Positions 18,169 to 27,880 are shown, counted from the stretch's first letter. The stretch: DNA of 64,000 nucleotides from Terriglobia bacterium (GCA_963748015.1 CAVVHE010000005.1:608001-672000), one strand, 5' to 3'. Notes: generated from the letters alone by a model not told the origin. Translations and numbers: made by a program.

Positions 18169-19073
18169 TCGAAACGCGAGCGGCCCCGGACCGCGAAGCC
18201 GGCGCTCAGGAGCCCCACCAGGATCCCGGAGCCGACGACGAGGGCCTTCGCCGCGGCGGGCAGCGCGCGCCCCACCAGGAGATCGAGTACCACGCCCGGC
18301 GCCTCTCCCGCGGACGCCAGGACCGCGCGGCGCGCCAGCTCCAGCAGGAAGAGCGACGACGTCGACGCCACGAGCCCCTGGACGAAGCCGGAGACGAGGA
18401 ACGGGCCGCGGACGAGCGCCGGCGGCGCCCCCACGAGCAACATGATCTCGATCTCCTCGCGGCGCGCGTAGACGGCCAGGCGCATCACGCTCGACATCAC
18501 GAAGATCACGGCGGCGAGGACCGCGAGCGCCACGCCTCCGCCGGCGAGACGCGCCATGCGCAGCATGCCGTCGAGGCGGTCGAGCCAGGCGAGGTCGAAG
18601 CGCACCTCCTCGATGCCGGCGAGACCCGAGACCGCGGCGGCCACGCGCCGCGCGGCCGTCGCCGCCCCCGGGCCGGGGGCGACGAAGGCCTCGATCGAGG
18701 CGGGGAACGGGCTCGTCCCCACGGCCGAGGCGACGTCCGCCAGCTCCCCGAGCGACTCCCGGAAGAGCCTTAGCGCCTCGTCCTTCCCGACGAAGCGGAC
18801 CGAGGAGACGTCGGGCAGCGCGGCCAGCCGGCCCGAGATCGCCTTTCTCGCGCTCTCGTCGGCGTCGTCCCGGAGGTACACCTGCACACGGACCGCGCTT
18901 CGCCACCCGTCGAGCCGCGCGCCGACGTTGTGGACCGCGAGGAAGGCGCCGCCCGCGAGGAAGAGGACCACGGCGAGCGTCACCGTCGCCAGGATGTTGA
19001 CTCCGGGGCTGTGGCGCCACTCGTCCAAGGCGTCCGCGACGTAGTAGCGCAGGCGGCCTGCCGCGGGGCTCAC
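18165..19073 (-). CDS. ftsX: Cell division ABC permease FtsX
   Basis: Four TM helices, VQVYL, KDEAL, RREEIEIMLLVGA...VRGPFLVSG; overlaps ftsE. Confidence 0.9.
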   Translation of the reverse strand: MSPAAGRLRYYVADALDEWRHSPGVNILATVTLAVVLFLAGGAFLAVHNVGARLDGWRSAVRVQVYLRDDADESARKAISGRLAALPDVSSVRFVGKDEALRLFRESLGELADVASAVGTSPFPASIEAFVAPGPGAATAARRVAAAVSGLAGIEEVRFDLAWLDRLDGMLRMARLAGGGVALAVLAAVIFVMSSVMRLAVYARREEIEIMLLVGAPPALVRGPFLVSGFVQGLVASTSSLFLLELARRAVLASAGEAPGVVLDLLVGRALPAAAKALVVGSGILVGLLSAGFAVRGRSRFD

Positions 19074-19738
19074 GGCCGGTCCCCAGGGTCCACGATGCGG
19101 CCGCGCTCGATCACGAGGGTTCGCCGCTGCATCCGCCGGACCATCTCGCGGTCGTGCGTGGCGACGACCACGGTGGTCCCCCGCGCGTTGATCTCGCGGA
19201 AGAGCCTCATGATCTCCACCGAGAGGTCGGGGTCGAGATTCCCCGTGGGCTCGTCCGCGAGAAGCAGCTCCGGCTCGTTGACCACGGCGCGCGCGATCGC
19301 GACCCGCTGCTGCTCTCCGCCGGACAGCGCGTCGGGCAGCACGCCGATCCGGTGCTGCAGCCCGACCCCCTTGAGCGCCAGGTACGCGCGCCGCCTCTGC
19401 TCGGCGACCGGGAGCCCCGCCACGTTGAGCACGTAGGCGACGTTCTCGAGGGCCGTCTTCCGCCGTATCAGCTTGAAGTCCTGGAAGACGAACCCGATGA
19501 GCCGCCGCAGCTCCGGCACGTGCGATGCCCGGAGCTTCGCCAGGTCTCTCCCCGCGACCTCGAGGCGGCCCTCGTCGGGAACTTCCTGGCGCAGGAGGAG
19601 CCTCAACAGCGTCGATTTCCCGGCGCCGGAAGGACCGGTGATGAACACGAAGTCGCCCCGCCCGACCTCGAACGAGACGTCCTGCAGGGCGGTCGTCCCG
19701 TGGGGGTACCGCTTGGACACGCTCTCGGCGCGGATCAT
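19070..19738 (-). CDS. ftsE: Cell division ATP-binding protein FtsE
   Basis: GPSGAGKS, VFQDFKLI, LSGGEQQR, ADEPTGNLD, ATHD. Confidence 0.95.
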   Translation of the reverse strand: MIRAESVSKRYPHGTTALQDVSFEVGRGDFVFITGPSGAGKSTLLRLLLRQEVPDEGRLEVAGRDLAKLRASHVPELRRLIGFVFQDFKLIRRKTALENVAYVLNVAGLPVAEQRRRAYLALKGVGLQHRIGVLPDALSGGEQQRVAIARAVVNEPELLLADEPTGNLDPDLSVEIMRLFREINARGTTVVVATHDREMVRRMQRRTLVIERGRIVDPGDRP

Positions 19739-19757
19739 GCGGTGCCCGCCCGGGGCC

Positions 19758-22553
19758 TCACCAGCTCTGGTTCACGAGGACGTCGTGGGCCAGGATCTCG
19801 CCGTCCTTGTTGAAGAAAACCTGCGCCGGCTTCTGCGCGAGCTTCAGCTTGAACGGCGTCTCCGCCGCCTCGACGAGCAGCGGCTTCGACGACTTGAATT
19901 CCTTCCCGTCGGCCGTTACGAACGTGAGGGGGGCGAGGGCGCGGAAGTACACGCCGGGCAGCTCCGTCTCGCTCTTCCCCGCGAGCACTCGCTGCTTGAT
20001 CTTCCCCTCGACGAGCCACTTCCCGTCCTCGGTCTGCCGTATGTTGTAGAACAGCGCGTATTGCGGCAGCCCCGCGACTCGGAACCACTGGTCGAAGAAC
20101 CACCCCATCGTGCCGCCGAAGTTCCGCTCGGCGACCTGCTGGATGTCGCCGGTGACGATCTGCTTCTCCGCGAACTCGGCCGCGAGGTCCTTGAGGAACT
20201 TGAAGAACTTCTCGTCGCCGAACGTCTGGCGGAGCACGTGGAACGCGTAGGGCCCCTTGAAGTAGACGTTGTACTGGTACGCGGCGCCGGGGTTCTCGCC
20301 TCCCCAGAGGGCGGAGGAGTCCTCGACGCTGCTGAGCAGCTCGAACTTCATGAGGCCGCGGCGCCAGTCGGCCACCTTCTCCTCGTAGGCCTTCCGTCCC
20401 CGCACGTTTTCCACGAACAGCGCGGCCGAGTACTCCGTCAGGCTCTCGATGAACCAATAGTTCCGGTTGTTCGCGTTCCCGATCAGCGAGCCCCACCACT
20501 GGTGGCCGGTTTCGTGCGCGACGACGTCCTTGTTGAACTTCGCGATGTCGGCGCCGCCGTCGAACATCCCGCCGCCGGCGACCGCGCCCTCGCCCCGGAA
20601 CACGCCGAAGCCGAGGTAGATGATCGAGGCGGGGGCCTGGCCGTAGAAGGCCCCCAGGGGATCGGCGACGAGGTCCAGCTTGGCGAACTTGTAGTCCTGT
20701 CCCCAGATCGCCCGGTAAAGGTTCAGGGCGTTCACCGCCTGGTCGGCGATCGCGCCGAGCTGCTTGCCCCGGATCCCCCGTGCCCCTTCGGCGGCGCGCG
20801 CTACCCGGTCCTCGACGTCGCCCATGCTCTGCACGGTCCTCGACTCCGCGAGGGTGTGGGTGCTGACCTTGTCGACATAGACGCGAACCGGGATCTCGGA
20901 GCCGTCGATCTTGGTGGCCTTGATCTTGGGGCCGTCGTCGATGTAATCGCCGTAGATGATCGTGGGGAACGAGACCGGGCGGTCGGAGGCCCAGCGCGTC
21001 GTGTTGATGCCGCCGGACGTCTCGTCCGAGAGCTTCTGGCCGACCCCCAGCACGCGGTACTTGGACCTCACCTTCACGGTCAGGTCGAACTTCTCGATCG
21101 GATCGGTGAACCTCACGAACGGGAGCCAGCCGCCGCGATCCATCATCGCGTAGGACGGATTGACGCGATAGATGCTGTCCGTGTTCGTGAACTTCATCCG
21201 GAGGGTGACCTTCGTCCCGGCGGGGAGCGGCTTGGGGAACACGACCAGCGCCGAAGCGGACCCGAGCTTCACCCAGCTCAGCTCGTTGCCGTCGCCGTCC
21301 TGGACGAAGCTGATCGTCATCTTGGGGTTCTTCGTCTCGCGCTGCTCGTCGCCGGGGCGCCGCATGCGGGAGATGCGGAAGGGAAGCTCGCGCAGCGGCT
21401 GCTTGATCGTCATCCCGTAGGTCAGGTCTCCGGTCAGCCCGTCCTCGTTGTCGAGCCCGACCTCGACCATGCCGGTCAGGCTGTCGAGGTCGAAGTCCCG
21501 CGCGTCGGAGTCCGGGCGGCGCTCGAGGTCCGTCAGGGACGGCGTGCCCTTGGTGACGTCCTCGGAGTAGTAGCCGAAGATCTCCTGCGGGTAGGCAGCC
21601 CCCCCGCCCGACGGCACGACGGCTCCGAAGCGGAGGTCCCAGGGCTCGTAGTTGTCGTAGTCGATCCAGACGCCCTTCGCTTCGGTGCCCGTCTGGCGGA
21701 CCGCGAGGTTCCACGTCTTCCGGTCGGGCGGGTACGGACGGCGGAAGGCGAAGAACCCGTTGTCCTTCAGGTTCTTCGTCCAGTCGGTGAACATGTCGTC
21801 GTACTGGTGCTGGAGCTTCGACGCCGTCTCGCCCTTGCTCACCTTCTTGAGGCCGGTGAACGCCGTCTGGAGGATCTCCTCGCACGAAGCCGCGTCGCCG
21901 TTGGCGAACACCATCTCGGGGTCGAAGACGAAGTACTGCGGGTACTCCTTCATCATGACCTGCTTGTAGCGCTCGTAGTACCCCAGGTTCAGGTTCTTGG
22001 GGGGCGCGTACTCGTACTTGAGGTCGTCCGCCATGAGCGTGAAACTCGACGGCTTGCCCATGAAGCTCGTCTTGTAGAAGCTGCCGTTCGTCGCGGTCAC
22101 CTTCATGCCGTAGCGGTCGAACGCGAACTTGTCGAAGCGGTAGAATTCGTCTTCCTCCCGCACGCTCCGGTGCAGCCCGTCGTAGGTGTCCTGGACCTCT
22201 TCCTTGGTGACGCTCCACCTCTTGTCGGCGCCCCTCGAGACCGTGAGAAGGAGCCGCTCGACCTTCGCCGAGTCCTTCTCCGCCCGGTACCTGAAGAAGG
22301 TCACCGCGTAGGTCGAGTCGTTCACCATCCGGAAGTCGGGCGAGTACGATCCGCGGGCGATCACCACCCCGTCTGCGTTCTTCTGCGACAGGAGGTCGCC
22401 GACCTTGTTCTGCATCAACGCGTCGATCGACTCGTACACGTCGAGGGGAACCGGTACGCTGGAGGCGGCGGCGGGCGGGAGCAGCGCACCCGCCGAGACG
22501 GCGACCGCGATAACCACCCAACCAAGGAGACCCCGCGACACGAGACTGGACAT
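19758..22553 (-). CDS. Exported M1-family zinc aminopeptidase-like protein
   Basis: Signal peptide; HETGH-x18-E (HETGHQWWG...WFIESLTEY); VYFKG catalytic Tyr; FFDQW. Confidence 0.88.
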   Translation of the reverse strand: MSSLVSRGLLGWVVIAVAVSAGALLPPAAASSVPVPLDVYESIDALMQNKVGDLLSQKNADGVVIARGSYSPDFRMVNDSTYAVTFFRYRAEKDSAKVERLLLTVSRGADKRWSVTKEEVQDTYDGLHRSVREEDEFYRFDKFAFDRYGMKVTATNGSFYKTSFMGKPSSFTLMADDLKYEYAPPKNLNLGYYERYKQVMMKEYPQYFVFDPEMVFANGDAASCEEILQTAFTGLKKVSKGETASKLQHQYDDMFTDWTKNLKDNGFFAFRRPYPPDRKTWNLAVRQTGTEAKGVWIDYDNYEPWDLRFGAVVPSGGGAAYPQEIFGYYSEDVTKGTPSLTDLERRPDSDARDFDLDSLTGMVEVGLDNEDGLTGDLTYGMTIKQPLRELPFRISRMRRPGDEQRETKNPKMTISFVQDGDGNELSWVKLGSASALVVFPKPLPAGTKVTLRMKFTNTDSIYRVNPSYAMMDRGGWLPFVRFTDPIEKFDLTVKVRSKYRVLGVGQKLSDETSGGINTTRWASDRPVSFPTIIYGDYIDDGPKIKATKIDGSEIPVRVYVDKVSTHTLAESRTVQSMGDVEDRVARAAEGARGIRGKQLGAIADQAVNALNLYRAIWGQDYKFAKLDLVADPLGAFYGQAPASIIYLGFGVFRGEGAVAGGGMFDGGADIAKFNKDVVAHETGHQWWGSLIGNANNRNYWFIESLTEYSAALFVENVRGRKAYEEKVADWRRGLMKFELLSSVEDSSALWGGENPGAAYQYNVYFKGPYAFHVLRQTFGDEKFFKFLKDLAAEFAEKQIVTGDIQQVAERNFGGTMGWFFDQWFRVAGLPQYALFYNIRQTEDGKWLVEGKIKQRVLAGKSETELPGVYFRALAPLTFVTADGKEFKSSKPLLVEAAETPFKLKLAQKPAQVFFNKDGEILAHDVLVNQSW

Positions 22554-22734
22554 TTCAAACCTCCCGGAGGAGATCGCCGGACGGCGACCCTCCCGCTCCG
22601 CGGCCCGGCATGGCGAGCTGTGGGGGACATTCTACCCCACCGGCCACTGCATCCGGGGCCTCCCCCCGCCCTCGCGGGGCCAAGACGCCTGTTCGTTACG
22701 TCCCCGGCCCGCCGAGGTTGCGCGCCTCGGCTCC

Positions 22735-22889
22735 CCGCCGGTTCCGGTCCGGGGGGTCCCTTCCCGGGCCCTGTGAACACCGCGCCTGCAATTCCTTTGC
22801 AGGCGCGGTTTCACCGGAGCGAGCCGGCGCGGCGAAGCGCGCAACGGCGAGCGCGCCCGGGAAGGGATCCCCCGGACCGGAACCGGCGG
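22735..22889. repeat. Structured intergenic element: 35-bp inverted repeat enclosing an inner hairpin
   Basis: 22735-22769 pairs with 22855-22889 at 34/35, the mismatch being a G-T wobble on +. Inner stem 22773-22791 / 22797-22814. Confidence 0.85.
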
Positions 22890-22916
22890 TGCTCGGCCGA
22901 ACCACTCGTTCCGGCA

Positions 22917-23048
22917 AGGCGGAGTTCGACTCCGCCGGAGGCGGAGCTCGACTCAGCCGGAGGCGGAGCTCGACTCAGCCGGAGGCGGAGTTCGACTCAG
23001 CCGGAGGCGGAGTTCGTCTCAGCCGGAGGCGGAGTTCGTCTCAGCCGG
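22917..23048. repeat. Tandem repeat, 6 x 22 bp, with a palindromic unit
   Basis: Unit AGGCGGAG(T/C)TCG(A/T)CTC(C/A)GCCGG repeated head to tail without spacers; the last copy overlaps the fadJ stop codon. Confidence 0.95.
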
Positions 23049-25188
23049 GATAGAACCCGCGCTCCTCGCGGACCATCTCGCGGAGGAGGCCGGCGGGGCG
23101 GAAGCGCTCCCCCTGGCCGTCGGCGAGGCGCGAGAGGCGGTCCACCAGGACGGGGATCCCGACGGCGTCGGCGTAGCGCAGCGGGCCGCCGCGGAAGGCG
23201 GGGAAGCCGGTTCCGAGGATCATCGCGACGTCCACGTCGCGCGGCTCCCGCGCGACGCCGTCCTCGAGGCAGACCACCGCCTCCTTGACCATCGCGAGCA
23301 CCATCCGCTCCTGGAGGGTCTCGCCGGGCAGCTCCTTCGGCGCGGGCGCCCCGGCGAGCTTCGCGGCCTTCGGGTCGGCGCCGGCCTGGACGCCGCCCCG
23401 GTACCGGTGGAAGCCCCTGCCGTTCTTGTCCCCGAGACGCCCGTCGGCGACCATCGCGTCGAGGAGGGCCACCGCCCCTCCGAGCCGCTTGCCAAACGCG
23501 GCCTCGAGCACGGCCGAGGCGTGCTTCGCCGTGTCGAGGCCGATCCGGTCGAGGAGCTCGAACGGACCGGCGGGCATCCCGAACGCCCTCATCGCCCGGT
23601 CGATCGCGTCGATCCCGAACCCCTCGCCGAGGAGGCGCGCCGCCTCGCTCACGTGGGCCATCAGGATCCGGTTCACGAGGAAGCCGGGGGAATCCCTCAC
23701 GACGACCGGCGTCTTTCCGAGCTCGAGCGCGAACGCGTGCACCGTGGCCACCGCCTCGGGCGAGGTCCTGTGGCCCGCGACCACCTCGACGAGAGGCATC
23801 CGGTGAGCCGGGTTGAAGAAATGGAGCCCGACGACGCGCTCCGGATGAACGGCCCGGGCGGCGATCTCGGTGATGGGAAGCGTCGACGTGTTCGACGCGA
23901 ACACCGCCCGCTCGCCGATCCGCTCCTCTGCCTCGGCGAGGACCGCCTGCTTGACCGAGAGGTCCTCGACCACCGCCTCGATGACGAGATCGGCGCGGGC
24001 CAGCCCCTCGAGCCCGAGGGTCGGGGCGATGAAGCCGATGGCCCGCTCCGCGTGGCCCGGGCCGTTCCCCTCCTGGGCGGCCGCCTCCCGGGCGTCGCGC
24101 AGCGCGCTCTTCAGCCCGCGGAGCAGAGGTTCCTCCCGCACGTCGCGGAGGCGGACGAGGACGTCGCGCTGCGCCACCAGCCCGGCGATCCCGGCCCCCA
24201 TGACCCCCGAGCCGAGCACGGCGACCTTGCGGATCCGCCGCGGGGTCGCCCGGTAGCCCCCGACGTCCTTCTTGAGGGCGTTGCGCTGGGTGAACAGCCA
24301 GATCAGGTTCTTCGAGGTGCGAGTCGGCGCCAGCTCGCCGACGATCCGCGCCTCGAGGTCGAGCCCCTGCGAGAGGGGGACCGCGAAGGCCGCTTCGATC
24401 GCGTCGAGCGCCCGGAACGGCGCGGGATAGTCCGCGGGGGAGAAACGCTTCGCCGTCTTTCGCCGCGTGTCGGCGAGGAGGCGGCGCCTCAACGGACCGG
24501 CGCTCTCCACGAGCCGCGCCGCGAGCGGCCGGCCGCGGCGCGCGGCGCCGTGCCGCCCTCGCTCGGCGGCCTCCCGGAGCAGAGCGAGCGCCTCGCGTCG
24601 GAGGCGGAGCGGGGGGACGATCCGGTCCACGAGCCCGATCCGCTCCGCGCGCCTCGCGCCGATCTGCCGGCCGGTGAGGATCAGGTCGAGCGCGTGGACG
24701 AGCCCCACGAGGCGCGGGAGCCGCTGGGTCCCGCCGAATCCCGGCACGATCCCGAGGCGCACCTCGGGAAAGCCGATCCTCACGGCCGGATCGTCGGCGG
24801 CGACGCGGAAAGCGCACGCGAGCGCCAGCTCGCTCCCGCCCCCGACGCAGGCGCCGCCGATGGCGCACGCCGTCGGCCACGGCGCGTCCGCGAGGCGCTG
24901 GAAGACCGCCTGTCCCCGGCGCGCTCCCTCGCCGGCCTCGTAGGCGTCCTTGATCGCGGCGATCGCCTCCACGTCCATCCCGGCGAGGAACATGCCGGGT
25001 TTCGCGCTCTCGAACAGCAGGCCGCGCACCCCTTCGCGGCGAGAGAGCTCGTCGAGGAGGCGGTCGAGCGCCTCGAGGAGGTCGCGCGTGAGGAGGTTCG
25101 CCTTGGAGCCGGGCTGGTCGAAGGTGACCCGCACGATCCCGTCCGGATCCTGCTCGTGGACCATGCCCGGCGCGGCTCCGTCCTGCAT
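23041..25188 (-). CDS. fadJ: Fatty-acid oxidation complex alpha subunit (enoyl-CoA hydratase / 3-hydroxyacyl-CoA dehydrogenase)
   Basis: GGGSELALAC and PEVRLGIVPGFGGTQRL (hydratase Glu pair); GSGVMGAG, ASNTS, GLHFFNP, PGFLVNR; ATG overlaps the thiolase TGA. Confidence 0.9.
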   Translation of the reverse strand: MQDGAAPGMVHEQDPDGIVRVTFDQPGSKANLLTRDLLEALDRLLDELSRREGVRGLLFESAKPGMFLAGMDVEAIAAIKDAYEAGEGARRGQAVFQRLADAPWPTACAIGGACVGGGSELALACAFRVAADDPAVRIGFPEVRLGIVPGFGGTQRLPRLVGLVHALDLILTGRQIGARRAERIGLVDRIVPPLRLRREALALLREAAERGRHGAARRGRPLAARLVESAGPLRRRLLADTRRKTAKRFSPADYPAPFRALDAIEAAFAVPLSQGLDLEARIVGELAPTRTSKNLIWLFTQRNALKKDVGGYRATPRRIRKVAVLGSGVMGAGIAGLVAQRDVLVRLRDVREEPLLRGLKSALRDAREAAAQEGNGPGHAERAIGFIAPTLGLEGLARADLVIEAVVEDLSVKQAVLAEAEERIGERAVFASNTSTLPITEIAARAVHPERVVGLHFFNPAHRMPLVEVVAGHRTSPEAVATVHAFALELGKTPVVVRDSPGFLVNRILMAHVSEAARLLGEGFGIDAIDRAMRAFGMPAGPFELLDRIGLDTAKHASAVLEAAFGKRLGGAVALLDAMVADGRLGDKNGRGFHRYRGGVQAGADPKAAKLAGAPAPKELPGETLQERMVLAMVKEAVVCLEDGVAREPRDVDVAMILGTGFPAFRGGPLRYADAVGIPVLVDRLSRLADGQGERFRPAGLLREMVREERGFYPG

Positions 25189-26366
25189 CAGGCCCGCTCC
25201 ACGATCAAGGCACCGCCCTGCCCGCCGACCGCGCAGGCCGTGGCGACGCCGAGCGACGCGTCCCGTCGCTCCATCTCCCTCGCCAGCGTCAGCACCATCC
25301 TGGCGCCGCTCGCGCCCAGGGGGTGCCCGAGCGCGATCGCGCCCCCGTTGACGTTCACCAAGGCGGGGTCCAGCGTCCCCAGGGGACCCGTGCCGAGCTC
25401 TCCCTCGCAACAGGTCCTCGACTCGAACGCGCGGAAACAGGCGAGGACCTGCGCCGCGAACGCCTCGTGAAGCTCCACCAGGTCCATCCGGTCGAGCGCC
25501 AGCCCTCCGGCCCGGCGGAGCGCCTCGGGCACGGCGAAGAGAGGCCCCAGCCCCATGCGGGCCGGGTCGCAGCCCGCGAACCCCCACGATCGCACCGTGC
25601 AGAGCACGCGCAGGCCGAGCGCCCTTGCTCTCCCGGCCGACGCGAGGACCAGCGCCACCGCCCCGTCGGCGACCGGGGCCGAGTTCCCCGCGGTCACCGT
25701 GCCGAAACGGGGATCGAACGCGGGGGGAAGCGCCGCGAGCGCCGCCGCGCTCGCGTCCTCCCGGATACCGGTGTCGCGGGTGGCCGAGCTCTCGAACTCG
25801 GGAGGGATCGGGACGATCATGACCTCCCCCGCCATCCGGCCTTCCGACCAGGCCGCCGATGCCAGGCGGTGGCTGCGGAGCGCGAACGCGTCCTGGTCCT
25901 CGCGAGAGAGATCGAATTCGCGAGCGAGCTTCTCGGCGGTCTCGCCGGCGCTCTGTCCCGTCACCGGGTCGCGGAGCAGGAGCTCGAGGTCCCCGACCGC
26001 GGACATGGACTCGACCGCGGCGGCCACCGCGAAGTCGGCGTCCCCCGCGCGGATCCGGTAGGCGGCCTCGACGATCGCCTCGAGGCCCGACGCGCCGTTG
26101 CGCGAGACGGTGAGCGCCGGGACGCGGCGAGGGAGCTTCGCGAGGAGCGACGCCACGCGGGCGATGTTCGGCGTGCCGGGGGGCGACGCGACGTTCCCCA
26201 CGACCACCTCGTCGATCGCGTCGGGGTCGATCTCCGCGCGCTCGACCGCCTCGCGGATCGCCACGCGCGCGAGCTCCGCCGCCGGGACGTCCCGCAGAAC
26301 GGTCCCCGCCCTCGCGAACGGCGTGCGGACCCCGGCGACGATCACCGCGTCGCGGTCGCCGATCAA
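25188..26366 (-). CDS. fadI: Thiolase-family protein (FadI-like) with the nucleophilic Cys replaced by Gly
   Basis: RTPF, VTAGNS...DGA, HEAFAAQ, NGGAIALGHPLGASG, CAVGG; the usual xCASG site reads NGASG. Confidence 0.8.
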   Translation of the reverse strand: MIGDRDAVIVAGVRTPFARAGTVLRDVPAAELARVAIREAVERAEIDPDAIDEVVVGNVASPPGTPNIARVASLLAKLPRRVPALTVSRNGASGLEAIVEAAYRIRAGDADFAVAAAVESMSAVGDLELLLRDPVTGQSAGETAEKLAREFDLSREDQDAFALRSHRLASAAWSEGRMAGEVMIVPIPPEFESSATRDTGIREDASAAALAALPPAFDPRFGTVTAGNSAPVADGAVALVLASAGRARALGLRVLCTVRSWGFAGCDPARMGLGPLFAVPEALRRAGGLALDRMDLVELHEAFAAQVLACFRAFESRTCCEGELGTGPLGTLDPALVNVNGGAIALGHPLGASGARMVLTLAREMERRDASLGVATACAVGGQGGALIVERA

Positions 26367-26379
26367 ATGCCCTCCCGCA

Positions 26380-27786
26380 TCAACCCTGCGGCTCCCGTTC
26401 CCGCGCGATCCCGTGGGCTTCGAGCTTCTTGTACAGGTTCGAGCGCGGCGTGTCGATCGCCTTGGCGGTCGCGGCGATGTTCCAGTCGTTCTCCTCGAGC
26501 TTCGCGAGGATGAAGCCGCGCTCGGCGGCGTCCTTGAACGACTGCAGCGTGGCCCCGGCCTGCGGGACGACCACCGCGTCCCCGTCGCGCCGCGCTCCCT
26601 CGACCCCCAGCGGCATCGACAGGCCCGAGGGGATGTCCGACGCGCGCACCGCGTCGCCGGGCGTCATGATGATCAGCCTCTCCACCGCGTTTCGCAGTTC
26701 GCGCACGTTCCCCCGCCAGGGCAGCCCCCGCAGGACCTCGAGGGCGTCCGTCGCGAATCGCTTGGGACGGAAGTTGTTGTCGCGGCAGAAATTCTCCGCG
26801 AACCACGCCACGAGCGGCTCGATGTCCTCGCGCCGCTCCCTGAGCGGGGGGAGGCTGACCGGTACGACGTTGAGGCGGAAATACAGGTCCTCGCGGAACG
26901 CTCCGGCCTCGATCTCCGCCGGGAGGTCCTTGTTGGTCGCGGCGATCACCCGGACGTCCACGGTGAACGAGCGCGCGGCGCCGACCGGCTCGACCTCGCC
27001 GTCCTGGAGGACGCGGAGCACCTTCGACTGGGTCTTGAGGCTCATGTCGCCGATCTCGTCCAGGAAGATCGTGCCGCCGTCGGCCTGGACGAACTTGCCG
27101 GACTGGTCGCGCGTCGCGCCGGTGAACGCCCCCTTCTCGTGCCCGAACAGCTCGGACTCGATCAGCTCCTCGGGGATCGCGGCGCAGTTCACCTTGACGA
27201 AGGCCTTGCCGGCCCGCGTGCTGTTCCTGTGGATCGCGCGGGCGACGAGCTCCTTCCCCGTTCCCGACTCGCCGGTGATCAGGACCGACGCTTTCGTGGG
27301 CGCCGCGCGCGCGAGCTCGTCCTGCACGCGGCGGAGGAGCGGAGAATCGCCGACGATGCGGAATCGCTCCTCGAACGAGAGCCTGAGGGTGCGGTTCTCC
27401 TCCTCGAGGCGCCGCCTCTCGATGGCGTTGCGCAGGACGAGGAGCACGCGGTCCCGCTCGAGCGGCTTCTCCATGAAGTCGAAGGCGCCGAGCCGCGTCG
27501 CCTCCACCGCGGTCGCGATGGTGCCGTGCCCGGACACCACGATCACGGGCGGCTCGAGCCCGCGCTTGCGGATCTCGGCGAGGACCTCGAGCCCGTCCAT
27601 TCGGGGCATCTTGATGTCGAGGAGCACCGCGTCCGGCCGGGATTCTTCCGTCTTGCGCAGGGCCTCCGGCCCGGACGAAGCCTCGAGGATCGCGTACCCC
27701 TCGTACTCGAGGATCATCCGCAGCGACGAGCGGATGTCCTCCTCGTCGTCCGCCAGGAGAACGATCGGCTTGCGCGCGGGGGTCAT
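26380..27786 (-). CDS. sigma-54-dependent response regulator (NtrX/NtrC family)
   Basis: REC domain, GESGTGKE, GAFTGA, FLDEIGD, WRGNVREL, Fis-type HTH. Confidence 0.93.
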   Translation of the reverse strand: MTPARKPIVLLADDEEDIRSSLRMILEYEGYAILEASSGPEALRKTEESRPDAVLLDIKMPRMDGLEVLAEIRKRGLEPPVIVVSGHGTIATAVEATRLGAFDFMEKPLERDRVLLVLRNAIERRRLEEENRTLRLSFEERFRIVGDSPLLRRVQDELARAAPTKASVLITGESGTGKELVARAIHRNSTRAGKAFVKVNCAAIPEELIESELFGHEKGAFTGATRDQSGKFVQADGGTIFLDEIGDMSLKTQSKVLRVLQDGEVEPVGAARSFTVDVRVIAATNKDLPAEIEAGAFREDLYFRLNVVPVSLPPLRERREDIEPLVAWFAENFCRDNNFRPKRFATDALEVLRGLPWRGNVRELRNAVERLIIMTPGDAVRASDIPSGLSMPLGVEGARRDGDAVVVPQAGATLQSFKDAAERGFILAKLEENDWNIAATAKAIDTPRSNLYKKLEAHGIAREREPQG

Positions 27787-27880
27787 GGATGGCGCCGTCC
27801 TCGAGAATGAAAGGCGCGGCGAGAATAGCACAGCGCGCCGGCCGTCGGGTCGCGGCCGGCGCGCTCGATCGTATTCCGGA

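Noticed and set aside
22735..22889. 6S RNA
   Set aside because: It has a near-perfect stem with a branched interior rather than a central bubble, and the usual 6S gene context is absent. Not excluded without an Rfam search.
22917..22938. tRNA or att-site remnant (GTTCGACTCC resembles a T-loop)
   Set aside because: No acceptor, D or anticodon arms and no integrase nearby.
22917..23048. CRISPR array
   Set aside because: The repeats abut with no unique spacers, and no cas genes are in the window.
19473..23288. Long antisense or alternate-frame ORFs (e.g. 19473-23288 +, 38822-42916 -, 5446-7683 +, 47358-49874 -)
   Set aside because: Shadow ORFs expected at high GC; they overlap well-supported genes and show no domain motifs.
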